Shown here: positions 35,212 through 48,869 of the stretch, piece by piece | Layout: the number at the start of each line of letters is the position of its first letter | Numbering within the stretch: position 1 is the first letter of the stretch | Source: Phoronis australis | Lineage: Eukaryota; Animalia; Phoronida | Reading direction: 5' to 3' | Assembly (NCBI GenBank): GCA_002633005.1 | Contig: NMRA01000055.1 | Coordinates: 540,458-604,457, forward strand | DNA length: 64,000 nt | Program-made: the position numbers and the translations under genes | The notes under the pieces: generated by a model | What the model was told of the DNA's origin: nothing | Databases searched by the model: none | The model's input: only the letters and a program-made list of their open reading frames with translations

Positions 35212-36237
35212 ATGGAATCGAGTCACAATTCCCGAAAGGAAACAACTATAGAGAACCATTTCGGGAAAAGCGTTGTCATTTGCAAACTGTGGAAAGTCAT
35301 AAATGACGAGAATTTTGAAGATATTCGATGGCACAAAAGTGGAAGATTTTTTGAAATCAATACACAAACGTTCGCTAAAAATGCCTTCAAGTACTGCCCA
35401 GACTTCTTTTCCGAGCAGAATACCCTAGTTAAGTTCATCAGACGTCTAAACGAGTTTGGTTTCGTGCGCGTTTTGCCCAAGGTCCCAGACAAGTGGTTTT
35501 GGAAATTTTACCATAAGGACTTTACTAAATACCGCCAACCAATAAATTTTCCATTGAAGGCTCGCCAAGTTCCCATAAAATGTCGTACAATGCCCTCGTT
35601 GCAGCATCTTGTGGAGACTAGCCTAAAGTCAATAGGTATCCAGACAATATCAGAACAGCAGCTCACATCCAATATCAACAAAGAACCAGTAGGAGGGCAG
35701 CTTGGAGCAACGAGTCTCGCATTCCCTAAAAAGACGAAGAAAAAGCATGAAGACGAGAGACGCGAGGAGACCAGAGGATTCATGGAAAGGTGGAATATAC
35801 TTCGAGACTTCTACCCAACCGAAATGCCGTTGGCAACAGAGTCTAGGCCAAATTGGCCATCTTATTTAACACATCGAGGAAAAACATCCAAGAGCAGACC
35901 ACGTGTCACTGCTGCTGGCTCTCAAGCCAGCACAGAATCATTGGCTCATCGTCAACTTACAATATCGGAAATCACACAGAAATTCAGAGAGCGAGAGTTG
36001 AATTATTACAAAGAAAACAACATCCCCCTTAACGTTGGCCACGGATTTATGCCCCTACGGCCCGTCATCACATCCAGGTTCAATCAACACAGCAAGAACC
36101 CCGACTTCAACATTAAGCTTGTTCCGCTGCAGAATGCCCACATAGTCGAAAAACGACGCAGTGGGCAACGAAAACAGGTGAAGCGCGGAACTTCTGACCG
36201 AGGAGGCTCAATGGGGGAGATTGTTTTATCAAGGTAA
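35212..36237 (+). CDS. Intronless HSF-type DNA-binding-domain protein (HSF5/HSFY-like), 341 aa
   Basis: KLWKVINDENFEDIRWHKSGRFFEI...FF...KFIRRLNEFGFVRV...FYHKDF matches the HSF winged-helix domain; the C-terminus is low-complexity and basic. Confidence 0.8.
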   Translation: MESSHNSRKETTIENHFGKSVVICKLWKVINDENFEDIRWHKSGRFFEINTQTFAKNAFKYCPDFFSEQNTLVKFIRRLNEFGFVRVLPKVPDKWFWKFYHKDFTKYRQPINFPLKARQVPIKCRTMPSLQHLVETSLKSIGIQTISEQQLTSNINKEPVGGQLGATSLAFPKKTKKKHEDERREETRGFMERWNILRDFYPTEMPLATESRPNWPSYLTHRGKTSKSRPRVTAAGSQASTESLAHRQLTISEITQKFRERELNYYKENNIPLNVGHGFMPLRPVITSRFNQHSKNPDFNIKLVPLQNAHIVEKRRSGQRKQVKRGTSDRGGSMGEIVLSR

Positions 36238-38649
36238 ACGTAGCATTTATGAGTGTAACCCATAGGAGATGGGTTCATGACAAATGATGGAAGTAAATGA
36301 ATCGGTACAGCCCCCCTCTCGTATTTTCAAATAAGAAAGCGAGGATGACCCCGTGAGGGCACTCGAAATATTCAAACCACAATCACCATCATTCCCTTTT
36401 TGAGCACCGAGTGGCACAAGTAACGCAACCAAGCTTCATACAAAATTCGTCCATTTCCGTGTGACGTTATCGTGCTCATTACTAAATGCCTTTATTTCAT
36501 GCAAAATACAAAACTATACGTCCAACGGAAAATGAATTGTATCTAATGAGCGTGACTGCAATCCTCGTACAATCTGTTTGCGCTTGTGCATTACGCGCTA
36601 CATCGCATTTCCAGCCGGCACTATGAAGTGCTTATTATACAGGTTGGGATAACAGTTGGTATCTATCACAGGATCTGAACTCTGACGACCGTTTTTACAA
36701 TCGAGATATTTTCTGCCACAGTAGCTAATTTTCTACTCATTTCTTCCCAAAACTACAATTTTAGGACTCCTGAACAAGCTCTACAAATCCGTTACAAACT
36801 GTTGCACGAACAGCGACTGAAATTTTGATATGTTTGTTTTTAACTTCAAGCATGAACATTTCATTGCACGTTCGTTCGATACAGTAGTCGTTATTTTCCA
36901 CATGATATAAGTTATGATACAATGTGTAGAAACGTACATGGTGACGTCACACAGAAATGGACGAACTATCGAATGAGCATATTGTGACCTGATGATCCCG
37001 AGTGTCACCTGATCACATAATACTGCGCGTGCACAAGGTCAACAGTGTTATGGAGAAGCGTACTCGTAAACACAGAAACTAAATAGTGATTGTTTACGTT
37101 TCACAGGTTCACTAATAACTCGAAATTTCCAGGTTTTAATATGAGACGTAAGGATTTGTTCCTTTGCAAGTAAAATGAGGTATAAAACGTGAAATAGGTA
37201 GAAAATAAGTACATAAGACACAAGGGCAGCCCTTTAATACTCTTAAAGAATGGGCGAGCACGTGATATAGAACACAGGATTCGACAGGCCGCACAAGAGA
37301 GCTTGCCAACAGCTTTTAATAAAACAAGTTTGGTTTGGCATTTCTCATTTTTGCGTAATTTATCTTGTTTCTCTTCTTTCAGTTGGGAAGCAAGACCACT
37401 TGAAGCTGGCCTACAAGCCCACGCAAAGAAAATGACGCAGCGTAACGTTACCAAAGGAGGTCATGGCTTGGGATAATTTAAGACCACTCGAGCGTGACAC
37501 GTTCGTCTGCTGCCTGAACGTTATTAATAATTCGGATCAACAATCGGTATCATTTTTAGTAAAAATGTGACTCTCGAATTCAGATGTAGAGCCCAATAAA
37601 ACAAAACAAAGTAAAGTGCAAGCATTCTGAATTAAATTCTGTCCAATAACAATGCAAGGTTAATAAAATTACTAATGAAAGCTACGGAATAACAAACACT
37701 GCATACAACTATTTAGGCAAAAAACGAGTACATACATCACAGTTGGAACAACAGCAACACAATGGGGTGAAATGTGCTAACGGCTTTACCTTAAAAGACT
37801 CGCATCTTGGGGTGTTTGTTAGCATGAAAAATGATTAATAGATGGCGCAACACAGGTCAAACTTGCTCCCTAGAGGGAACTGAGATAAGAGTGAAACAGT
37901 TTATTAAGCAAAAAAAAACACCCATGAGATCCATTCCGACCACAGTACAACAACAGAAAAGCAAAGTGTTAACATAATGTCTTTTTTCACTGGTGATAGT
38001 CAAAACATCAAATCAAATCAAATCAATCAACACTTGTCATTGAGAAAAACACAATGTCCCAAGGTTATAATCACATTACTTGAACAGGCTCAATAAACTT
38101 TTAACTTTACAACAGTTACGAGGTATATAAGGCAATTTAACCTGAAATTAAATACAAACATAAGTCTGTATAACCTATCTGACAATTCTTCCAGGTTCTC
38201 CACTGACGACCTCCTGGCCACAGCAACTACCCAGTGGCGGAAAACTACATCATAAATAATGTTTCCTCGAATTAAAAAACTGTAATTTTTTAACTCTTCA
38301 AAAGATCACTGCATTGTTAAAATGATCAAAATTTCAATAGTGTTTGTTGATGAGAGCTGTACAATAGAAACTATCCAAATGATGAAGTAAAGGTTTCTTC
38401 CAGTTCATTTATGTTGAAAATTTCGATGAAATAAAATACGGTGTCAGTCTAAATTTAAGAAACTTTACTGTACACATAAAAGTTGGTCACCGAATCACAT
38501 CTCATAAACAAAAATTATATGGACCCTAATGTTCTCATTCCAACATGTAGATGGCTGAGCCACAATCACAACAAAATGAGCACTGCGATGGTGCATCCGT
38601 TACTACCTAGTCACTTATTTGCAATGATCCACTTTCATCATCATCATCA

Positions 38650-41600
38650 TCACGTTTGCAAACAAGCCAGAAAACTGGCAATTCTGTGTTTGTTGCACTT
38701 GCAGCCACACACGGCTCCATGCTGTCTCATAAATACAGCGACCGTATTGGCCAGCCCGGCAGCCTTCACCGCAGTCACCAACATATCAATCTCTTTTCCT
38801 GAAGAGCTCATTGTCGTATACATGGCCACGGCTTCAGCGAGAATCCGTTTCACTACTGGACAAACTGTACTGTTTTGCAAGAGGCCAGCAACGAGTGATG
38901 CAAAAGTTGTAGATTCAGTCTCCACTGTAGATATTTTAGAGAGCTGCCAGTTTGAAAACCATACCTGAAAATATGTTAGAGATCTTTTGAACAATAAATG
39001 CGTCATCCAACTGTAGGGCAAGTCAAATGGTAAGTGCAACCATTGCATTCTAGGCTCCATTATTCACAATCATCTATTATATAAAATGCATAGTCCACAC
39101 AAATTCTGTCTCCCCCGCTCCACTACAGACCTTCGATGTGCCCGCTTCAGCACTGCCTTTGTCCCAGGAAGTACACCAGGCCGCTATTTAGATTCGAGGT
39201 GTTCTATTTTTTCTTGCAGGCCTTTTTTTCGAGGAGGGAGGGTGGCAAGTTTTGTACTAGCCTTGATGACGACAGTCTGTCGGCTTAATTTCACTCCCTC
39301 CAGCTGTTGTTGTGTACATACTTCACCGGGCCTGTCGCCACCAAATTTAATGATATCATTAAAAGCTAAACTCTTCCTTTGGTAAACTAAATTATTTACC
39401 AAATGTTGAAAAATTTGGTGTTCTATTAATAATTTGCTGCTGTGGAGTGCTCTTTGGGTCAGCTTTTGGCGCCATGAAATATTGCGTCACCTATTGGCCA
39501 ATTTCCCTGATTCTACAATCAACTATTCTTCTCTTCCATAAGGTTGTGTATGTGTCACAACAATCGGAATTGGTTTCATTTCGTTACAAGTTTTAAGTAT
39601 TTGAATACCAGCAAACCCAATTTGCTGCGAAGCTGTCATCATCTCCCAATAGATATCGTTGGAAATGGCACATGTGCGGGTCAGGAGCGCATTGTTTTCA
39701 CTGAAAAGGATGAGACTTTTCTTTGTTATACAAAAGGCAGAGAATTACGCAAAAATGGCATTTGTTACATTATTTACTTAAACGGTTGTAACAGTGTGTC
39801 GGTTAATTCCCAGATTCTGCATGCACCCCCGCCGCTTGTTAGCTCTACATATTGATATAAGTTTCACCATGAGGTGACGAACTGAGCTACCCGGGTAATG
39901 TAAAGTTTTGGTGTCTAACGGAGCTCAACAAAAAGCTACCTAGCTTTCTACCCTAGTATGTACATTTGTGATGTGACTTTTGTAAATACATAGTATGCTT
40001 CGTGTACAATGGCAGTATTTTTAAATGCTTCCTTAGTTTTCACTTTAAAGAATATCCGATTATTGTTACGGCAGTGTCAAATGTCAGTTTCAAAAGACCT
40101 ATTGCATGTGAGCGACACCCATGATTTATAATGGTCCGAAAAATTCTAAGCCACTATGCAGACTACCACCTCCAAGCCTAAAATAGTATTTCTAAGAATT
40201 TGTTTGTGAAATAAAAAGCGTAAAAGTTTCACCTCGCATTCCTTTCTTGACCTTGGTTTGTGGTAAAAACACAACACAAAGAAGTCCAATTCTGACACCT
40301 GAAAAGAGATTAACAATCGTAACACATCAATTTTTGAAACAAGCCAGCTGCTCTTTCTTAATAATTTTTACTAATTTCTTATTAAACATAATACTTTTTA
40401 CAAACATGAGAAAATGAACAGAAAACATTCATGCCCACATACATTTGCACATGCACACTTGTGGGGGTCATTTACAACTTAGCTAAATAAATTGCCTCAA
40501 AATAAAAGTTATTAAAATCTTTGAATTTTAGATTTTACAAAAAAAATATTTTTCAATTTTTAAAGAACTTGACTTACCTAAAAACTAAGCACCAACATTG
40601 GTTAATAAGTCTAACAGAGAATCTACTATTTCATAGTCACAAGAAAACAAAAAGTTCCATTAACACGTTGATATTCATTCAAATATAAGAGCTGTAACCA
40701 TGAAATACAAGTTTCATGGACAATTTCAAATGAATGCACTTTGCTTACCTTCAACTTCTCTTCAACTATCTTGTGCACTAACTGGTGATAGACTTGTGGA
40801 AATTGTATCAGATGACACCAGGCCGGAAAGTACTGTCCGTCTTCAACTTGGGATAGCACGTGGCCAATTTTGTCTATGACAATACAAATGTCTGCCGAAA
40901 GAAGACGTAATTATGAAATCTGATACCCCTTTTTGAACTCACATTTGAACTCAGAGTCAGACTGTAGAACTTAAGCAAACTGCTTCTTCTAGAGATGATG
41001 CGTACATTTCAAGTCAAAGCATGTCCAAATACAACATCAATTTCATTTACCATACTTTCCCAAAAAACACCCAGGGTTCTCCCTCAGAGAAAATTTTCAA
41101 AAATGGTGCAAATTTCACATCTGCCATCATGTTTTTGCATCTCAAGCCTATTTTCTGCTAATTCACAGAAACAACAACAGTTGCACAGTATTATCACTTG
41201 TTGGGTCTGTATGTCACTATCATTTTACAACAGAATCAAAAATAAGCACTAGTATCCAACATTTTAATTGAGCAGCAAATGAGAAAAATAAAACTCAGGC
41301 AATTCAAACATGGACAAAGATTTTCAAACGTGGCTCAGAACTTCTCAAACACAGTACAGCACCACGTTTGAATACATGTAGCAAGGATAATGAGCACCCC
41401 TTCCCATAAATGGACCAGTCTCTAGCAAGGACAATGAGCACCCCTAACCATAAATGGGCCAGTCTCTAGCTTTTCAGCTCATTACGTCATTTTTTCTCAG
41501 GAAACAGTAAATACTCAAGCAAAGTTTGTCACCATACAATACAACTGGTTACAAGTATAATGTTTTGAGCGAATGACTCTTAAAAGGATGCTAAACCCTA

Positions 41601-44600
41601 TGTTTTGGTGACTTCACCCAATACTTGTTCTGTCCACTTCTAAACCACCAAAGGTGTCTCACTCGACTAATAAAAGCAACATTCAACTAAAACACTGACT
41701 CACTGTGTCATATAATGGGTTGCTATGATTTTTGAGGAGTCGTGTATCTCACTTAAAGCGTTAGTCACGTCAAACTTCATAAGGGCTTTTCAAACTTGCT
41801 CCAAACTTTCTCAGGCTGATGTGGGTTACAGGGTATTATTTTATAATACAGGTCAAGATTCGAAAGTCGTTGGCACAAAAACAAGTTTAGTATCTACTTA
41901 ACTAGAGTACGCATTGTACCCCACGTAAGCAAGTCGAGTATTGTCAATTTGAAGCTTGTGGCAGTGAGTCTAGGAACAACAGCGTTCACAGATGATTCTC
42001 CAAAAGAGGTTCTTTTGTGAGCAGTAATAACAATCAGGTCATGCAGATCAAATTTTCCGAGTGTCCAGGGACCTCGCTAGAAAGCATAGAAGTGCTGAGG
42101 TTTTACTTGAGCTGAGAAGGAATTGTTATTTGGAACCTGAATCTGTGTTTGCACCATGTCCAACATATTATGAACCTGTACCAAAGGAGAAACGTTACTT
42201 AAAAAAAAAGTCAATCTTCATTGGAAAGAAATAATAACTCCTACCTGGCCCTTTACAACCTAACAAGCTGACCAGCTGTCTGTGTTCCCATCTGTACAGT
42301 TGAATGACGGAGAAACATGCCTGAAGGCACAAAACAGACAGTGTAATTAAACAATGAAATCCTGATTCTCACAGTGCAAACAGCAAGATCAAGCATGGAG
42401 TTCACCAAAAGTTCAGACGTTCAGATCACAAATCTAATGCTGTGTTCACATGAGCAGTGTCCCGCCAGAAGTTTGAGCTGTGGTGTTAATACACAAAAAA
42501 TCGCTTTAGTCTGAAATTAGTAAAGCTGAAATATTATAAGAAAGTTAATCAATAGGATGTTATCTGGAAACAATCTCCCTAATTCACAAGCACTTATAAA
42601 ACAGATAGCATTTACTTGGCAATCTATGCCCACTAAGTTTATTCCCAATCCATACATAGTTTTTTAACTCTAGTCTGATTCTGTCAGTTTTCACCAAAAA
42701 TTCAGAGGAACACCTATTTTCTCAATAGAAAATGCTGTAACTTTTTAAAAGCAAGCCAGTTTGGTGAAATAATGTCACTTGCTTTTAAAACAACAGCAGC
42801 AAGACTAGCTCACCTGTCTACCAACTTCCTGTCTCACTTGTTCACAAAATGTGACATATAAATTGACGAGTGACGTTGGAACGGTTTGGCGCAAATAACT
42901 GGTTAGAATTTGAGCAGCTACCCTCCACAAATTCATGTTTTCGGCACATGCTTTGGGCTGGAAGGAAAGGGTAGATACAGTTATTGAATTCTGATACTAT
43001 TAAACTAAAATTCTGGAAAATTTCTAACAACATGCGAAGTTTTCCAACAATATCACTCCTACATAGTTAGTAGTTATATTTTTATTTCTGTCCTGGTTAT
43101 GCCACTGTGAGATCTTGTATACATTTTTTTAACCCCAATGTCATAAACTTTTACGTTAGCATGAGAGAACTTCCATTAAGTTGGGTAAATATGAAGTAAG
43201 TAAATTTACAAAAATGGCAGAATATTTCCATGCTATATGATGGTATTTAATGTCAATTTAAAGGTACCTGGAAATTTCCAAAGAGTCTCTAGGAATCTTT
43301 TGCAAAAAAGTGGCAGGGCTAATTTGGAAATTTGTACTGCCACCCAGAGCCTCATCAAACAACTATGGTTTTTAAGTTACGTTCCAAGAGGAAGGCTTGA
43401 CTTTTCACTCATGAACCAACTCTTTTTGTGGCAATAGTCGGATATAATATGCCCAAAATTTGAGAACCAGTTTGATGCCTGTAATTCAATGAAGAAAACT
43501 GGTTCTCAAAATGTGGGTAACTTATATCAGACTATTATTCTGTTTACTTGTGACAGGAAGCACGAGTTGCAGGCGCTTGACATTATACACCACACGCTAA
43601 CCTCCTCGCCACGAGTCTGTGTACTACAACTAGGAACGCTCTAGGATTTACAAAAGAAACAATTAAGGGTAAAAGTCTAAGCGAAAGCTTTTTGTTATCA
43701 TTTAGTATGCTGGGCATCAGAGGTAAATGTGGGCACGATTTCCTGAGCAACTTTTGGACCTTCAAATGACAGGAGATGATCACTGTTACTGGGACCATCT
43801 TCATTAAAAAGGACTTGAGACTTCATTCAGAAATATGGTTTTATGCTCCACACAACTATATCGTAAAAATGATAATTAATTAAAAATCTCTATTGAGAAA
43901 TAGTGCAATGTATCTGACAACATACACATAAGTGTTAGTTATGGAGAAATTTTCTATTGGCTAGTTTTAGACTGTCATGCGCTCATAATAAGTTGACTAA
44001 ACTTCTTTTCAGCAATTGTGAAATGGGAGCATGACACCAAATTTCTGTCTTAAGTCTTAACTTACATTTCATGAAACAAACCAACGGTCAAAATCAAAAG
44101 TTAGTGGTACACTTTTAACTGCGTTAGGTATCTTTACCCATGCACCATGCCATTACTACAGTCACACATCAGTGATCAGATTCATTAAGCAGACCTATAA
44201 CAGACTTACCAGCAGTCTAGTAGACAAATGGCACATTACATGTTCCTGACTTATCTCCCCTTGGCACACAGTTTTCACCAAGTCAACAATTTCTCGCTCA
44301 AAACTCGGTAGGTACATATTCCACATTGCCACTCTGGCCCTATATGATAGAGCAAATGAACAACCTGAAAACAAAACAGATTGATGAGATAAATCAAAAC
44401 CGTGTCCACTAGGCTGCACAAAATACTTTAAGCCCGTCCAAAACACGAACGTGTCAATACCTCCCTAATACAGTAAACTGGCAAATTTCGTGAAAATCCA
44501 TTGAAGAACTTCCGAGCATGCAGAGGCAATTGTGAAACAATAAAATTGCCACTAGGAGGCACAGCGGTAAATGGATTAGCCCGAAAGAAGATCTTTCAAG

Positions 44601-47600
44601 GGGTTTAGGAGATACAGTTGTGTATGCAAAAACACTAAATTGTCACTAGGGGACGCCTCACTACTCGACCCCATTCAAAAATCAATGTCAGTCGTGGTCT
44701 TCTCTGCAGGACACATCTGCCAATATTTATAACAATCCTTTTAGCAGTTTAACAGATAGAGAGGCGGAGGCCAAAAACAAACTCGTAAATAATAAAAATG
44801 GTCACTAGGTGCTGCAGAATAATCAAATTCATTCAAAAATGAGAAGGCGTTGTCATCTCCTTAATAAAACCTATTTGCCAAATTTCATGAAAATCCATCA
44901 AGGGACTTTGAAGATGCAAACATAAAATACTAAAATTGCCACTAGGGGGCGCAGTGGTCGGTCTGATCCGCTCAAAAATTGTGATCTGATACAGCTAGAT
45001 CTGATGACCGGACAGAGATGACAGTGATATCCACCCATATGTGGGCACATGAAAATGAACTGGGAATTGGCTTAATTTTTCCACTAAAATAATGTCAGAC
45101 TACTGTTTTACCGATAGCTTGCTGCATTCATACCATGTATCTAGTGTTTCTCGAATCCAGAAATATAATAGCCACACATTCAACTATTTGAGTACGTCTG
45201 CTGCAAAACTATTGCTGATCAATTTGTGGCCAGAATCATGGAATTCGATGGATTGTATTCTTAATTTTTGGCATCAACTAACTAAAAAATATCAGAATCA
45301 TAGTATATACTACTGAAATAAGTGAATTCCACCTAAAACCACTAATTCGTGAAAAAAGTAAATTTCGTGAATTCAGTCCATTTTCCATGTTTATAACAAT
45401 CAAAGTCTTTATGTAATCTCAAACAGACACCTGCCTTCTCTACCTCCCTCCATCTGTGTCTTGCAAATTTTTTCAATGAAACCCAACTCATCCTTGGTGA
45501 GACTGTCGCGCCTTGACAAGTAGACAAGCATTTCTTCCACCAGAGGGAGACACATGGAGAGCTCATGTAGACTTGATGCCAGTGACAGAGTGTACGAGGG
45601 TAGAGGTGTCTTCACTGGGCATGGATAATGACACTGTGTTAACGAGCTCCAACGTCTTGAAGGCGAGCGCAGATACGTTCTAACACTCTCCACAACCTAG
45701 AGATCAGAGATAGGACTGTCAGTCAGAGTCCACCAGTCAGGCTTAATAAACACGCTAAAATACACTTAATTCAGTACACGTGGCTTATTAACCCAGGTTG
45801 CCACACTAATATTTTCCCCGTGCTACAACCACGACTCACAATTCATCCATATGAACACCTCAAGCACTCAAGTACTCGATGCGTGAATCATAAATTAAAC
45901 TAATCAAAACTTCCAAAAACTGGTTCCATCTACTGGGAAACAGCGATTGACTGATTCCCCCATTTCGAGAGTCACCCCCCTTCCAATGTTTCTGGACAAC
46001 AACTCATAAGGGCCCTGAACCATGAACCTTATAACAACAAACTCAGACCTGTCAAGCTGCAACAGAACACTGAAGGTGGTGTCTGCACGGTACAATCTCA
46101 TTTCATGCCGGGAGTATGACAAAATAGAATTTAAAGACTAACGACATCCAACCCATGGTTCTGGGACCTGGACTTCTCGTCCAGTAAAACTAGCAGAGGG
46201 CGACACAATCTATATGGAAATCACCCAGTCAGCATTCCTCAGTAGCAGCAGCGCTGGGAAAAAATTACAGGGGGTCGCCAGAGATTTGGATTATGTAATT
46301 TGTGCAACAACCCCTAACGCTCATTATTTCCAATACCTAGGCCAAGATATCTTTTCTTTCTTTCTGTGAATGACTTACAAATACAACACTAAACCAGTGG
46401 TAAACAGTACTCACCAACTGAATGCATTTGCGATTGACATCTGATGCTGTATGACCTGTCTTGGCTTTATCTGATGATCTGTCTCCATAACCCACGCACG
46501 ACACTGTGCGACGAAACTGCGACTGTAATGAAAACCAGACAACTGTAAAGTGAAGCTTGAAGTCCAGTAGGAGGCGCTGGTGAAACAATGGCTTCATACC
46601 CGCCTAAATACAAGACATCAAGTAGTCACACAAGACTTTTATTATGGTTCCCATAAAACACACTCAAACAGAAAGACACCCTGAAAATATTTTAAAGTTC
46701 AACTTGTAAAAATTCCACAAAGCAGGATAGGAATTTTTTTTCACAGCCAAGCATCCAGCCATATGTAAGGCAATATATAGGACTCGTCCGGGTTACCACT
46801 CATGCTCGGCTTATTGCCCACCAATTACATAGAACGAAAAAAAATTTGAACCTTTTTAGACCTGACTTGTATTAATATCGAAACTTCCGGTAATATCAAC
46901 GTAAATCGATTGGATCGGTGTTGGTTAGGTGGCATAGCAGACGACTATTTCTCCACCCATTTCATCAGTGTTCACTGGCGCTTGGCCATTTTCGAAAACT
47001 AATGTCAAGGTTGTTGCCTGGTCCTTGACTGTATTCAATTGCTATGCGCATTGTAGGATAACCAGGTAGTACAAAATGTTGGTCAGGTTACTAAGTCAAC
47101 GCGACGAAGGAAAGGGATAAATATGTTTAACAAGAGGGAAAGTTCAAATCCGATTTTGAACAATTGTTGTTCCCATTCGATCTGTGAACCTCGACAGTAG
47201 TCATATGACTTGTGTATTACGTTCCTTTTACAGGCAATGTTTGTGTAGTGGTGAAGTTTTTCCATCAGGATTAGGTGTGTGACAGTCAATTTAGGCAAGA
47301 TTACAAGTGGCGGGGCCAAACAGCAGTGTGGCAGCCTGCCCAGGTTTTTACACGAAGGGGAAACATTGTAATAACAGCTGGTCTTACCAGTGCCCACTGC
47401 TTGGCTTTCATCCCTGCTGGGGTTTGAGGGTTGTCTCCCCTGAACTTCAGAATGCACTTCATCAACAGGCAATAGGTGTCTCTGTGTTTCAGCAGCACCT
47501 TGTTCCCACAAAGTTGACCAAGCAAGTGACCTAAGCTCGGAATGCGCTTCAACAAAAAATCTACATCAGCCTAGAAACAAGAAATTGTTATGCGTTTAAT

Positions 47601-48868
47601 TGTTGAAATACAAAGACTTAAAATAACAATAGAAGGATAACTCGCATTGTGAAGATATGTGTAATGAAGTACAATGGCAATGTACAATCAAAGTATCGAG
47701 TCAATAGCAAACATTCGCACAATTTTCATAGGATAATGACTGAAAAGGCGACACAAAAATGAAAGTAATTTTGAATTTTTATCCAATTGATTCTTACGTA
47801 GTTATTGTTTTGAAAAAGGCAACAAAAAATAGCTCACTTTACGAATTTGTCATTTTTAGAAAATCAAAAACAGTTTAACCTTAAGAGCATCTATTTACCA
47901 GTAGAAGTTAGGTATTGTCTAAAACATCAGTCAAGCTCCCAGGCATATTTTATGCTTCCAAAATGGCATTAAAGACTTCTTGCTAAACGTCAGTTGTGAA
48001 ACTGGTTACAATAATTCGTCGAGACAAATTCAACGCGTCAGTTTCTTGAGCCTTCGAGTCTCAATAGAAACAATCACGCCATGACATGAAACTTTTGACC
48101 CTTGGCGGAATCAATAACAAGCAGTCAGTTATTGCTGAGATCAGAGGTCAGAGGTCACTTCCAAACTGACTCAGGAATAAGATGAAGCCGTTTTAAAACA
48201 GTAAGAGACCTAACTGAAAAGTGGGTTTTTGACAGAAAGCGTGACAAGAAATGTTGCTTTAAATACATCAGTTAAAGTGACTACAAATCCATCTTCCGTC
48301 ACAAAAAATTTTTTTTTTGATTTCTATGACCACTTACAGTGAAAATGAACTCAAAAAATTTTCTTTAATTAAACTGGTAGTTTGTTGATCGCTAGAAACA
48401 AGGCTCATTAACTTGGTGTGTCATGATGTGTCATTTTACGAACCAAGCCTGGTCTCAAGGAATATTGAACTGTCAATTATTTGCAAACCCAAAAATCACT
48501 TCTCCAGTAAGGGACAAGGTGAGACCAAGTTTATGATGCTAAGTGACCTAAATCAAAAGTTCAAATCTTGAAGCAGTTATAACATGTGTTATAACAGACT
48601 GCTTCCATTTGCCAGATGCCAACTAATCCTACAGTAAACAACTTACAACTTGACACAGAACGTTGTGTAAGTCGGTCAGAAATACACGCAGGGGGTCCAA
48701 ATCCCTTAATGACTGCTGGATGACATAAGCTTCTGATACGCTGGACCATTTCACAACTTTTTCAAGCCAGCCAGAGACAACGTCCTCCGTGATACTGTTA
48801 GTTTTCAGAACTTCACCGTAGACTAGCGCACTCTGGTGACTGTCAAAACACTGACCGATGGTACGTTG
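38650..48868 (-). CDS. FANCC: Fanconi anemia group C-like protein (start codon not located)
   Basis: Phase-consistent exons 48647-48868, 47388-47570, 46415-46522, 45444-45696, 44210-44364, 42814-42957, 42245-42320, 40749-40891, 40233-40298, 38650-38964. Colinear similarity to human FANCC as recalled: WLEKVVKW~WMQKLSVW; KRIPSLGHLLGQLCGN~ERFPTIGQLLAKACWN; VAMWNMYLPSFERE~VCLWLRHLPSLEKA; FPAWCHLIQF~FESWFLFIHF. The 46522 acceptor and 45444 donor are the least certain junctions. Confidence 0.8.
41379..41471. repeat. Two-copy ~44-bp direct repeat in FANCC-like intron
   Basis: TAGCAAGGAYAATGAGCACCCCT..CCATAAATGGRCCAGTCTC twice. Confidence 0.85.
43432..43539. mobile_element. ~105-bp hairpin MITE (AATAG...CTATT); related copy at ~56685-56781
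   Basis: AATAGTCGGATATAA...TTTGAGAACCAGTTT / AAACTGGTTCTCAAA...TTATATCAGACTATT; the same core occurs at ~56710-56760. Confidence 0.7.
44425..45055 (+). repeat. Interspersed element with degenerate internal tandem units (Helentron/HINE-like)
   Basis: Recurring AAATTGCCACTAGGGGGCGC and GCCAAATTTCATGAAAATCC blocks; ends with a GGACAGA motif and a short hairpin followed by As. Class assignment is tentative. Confidence 0.5.
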
Positions 48869-48869
48869 C

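Noticed and set aside
38483-38968. 161-aa plus-strand ORF with a His run
   Set aside because: Antisense shadow of the last FANCC-like exon plus a short (CAT)n repeat.
39184-39402. 72-aa minus-strand ORF as an additional FANCC exon
   Set aside because: No convincing phase-0 acceptor, and it ends in a stop; exon 38650-38964 joins in phase and matches the FANCC C-terminus better.
41937-42176. Candidate FANCC exon with a good acceptor
   Set aside because: In-frame stop; the flanking exons 42245-42320 and 40749-40891 already join in phase.
44460-45030. Spaced repeats superficially like a CRISPR array
   Set aside because: Eukaryotic intron, degenerate units, irregular spacing, related spacer sequences and no cas genes.
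45900-46260. Possible LINE fragment in a FANCC intron
   Set aside because: Only weak motif resemblance and too degraded to support.
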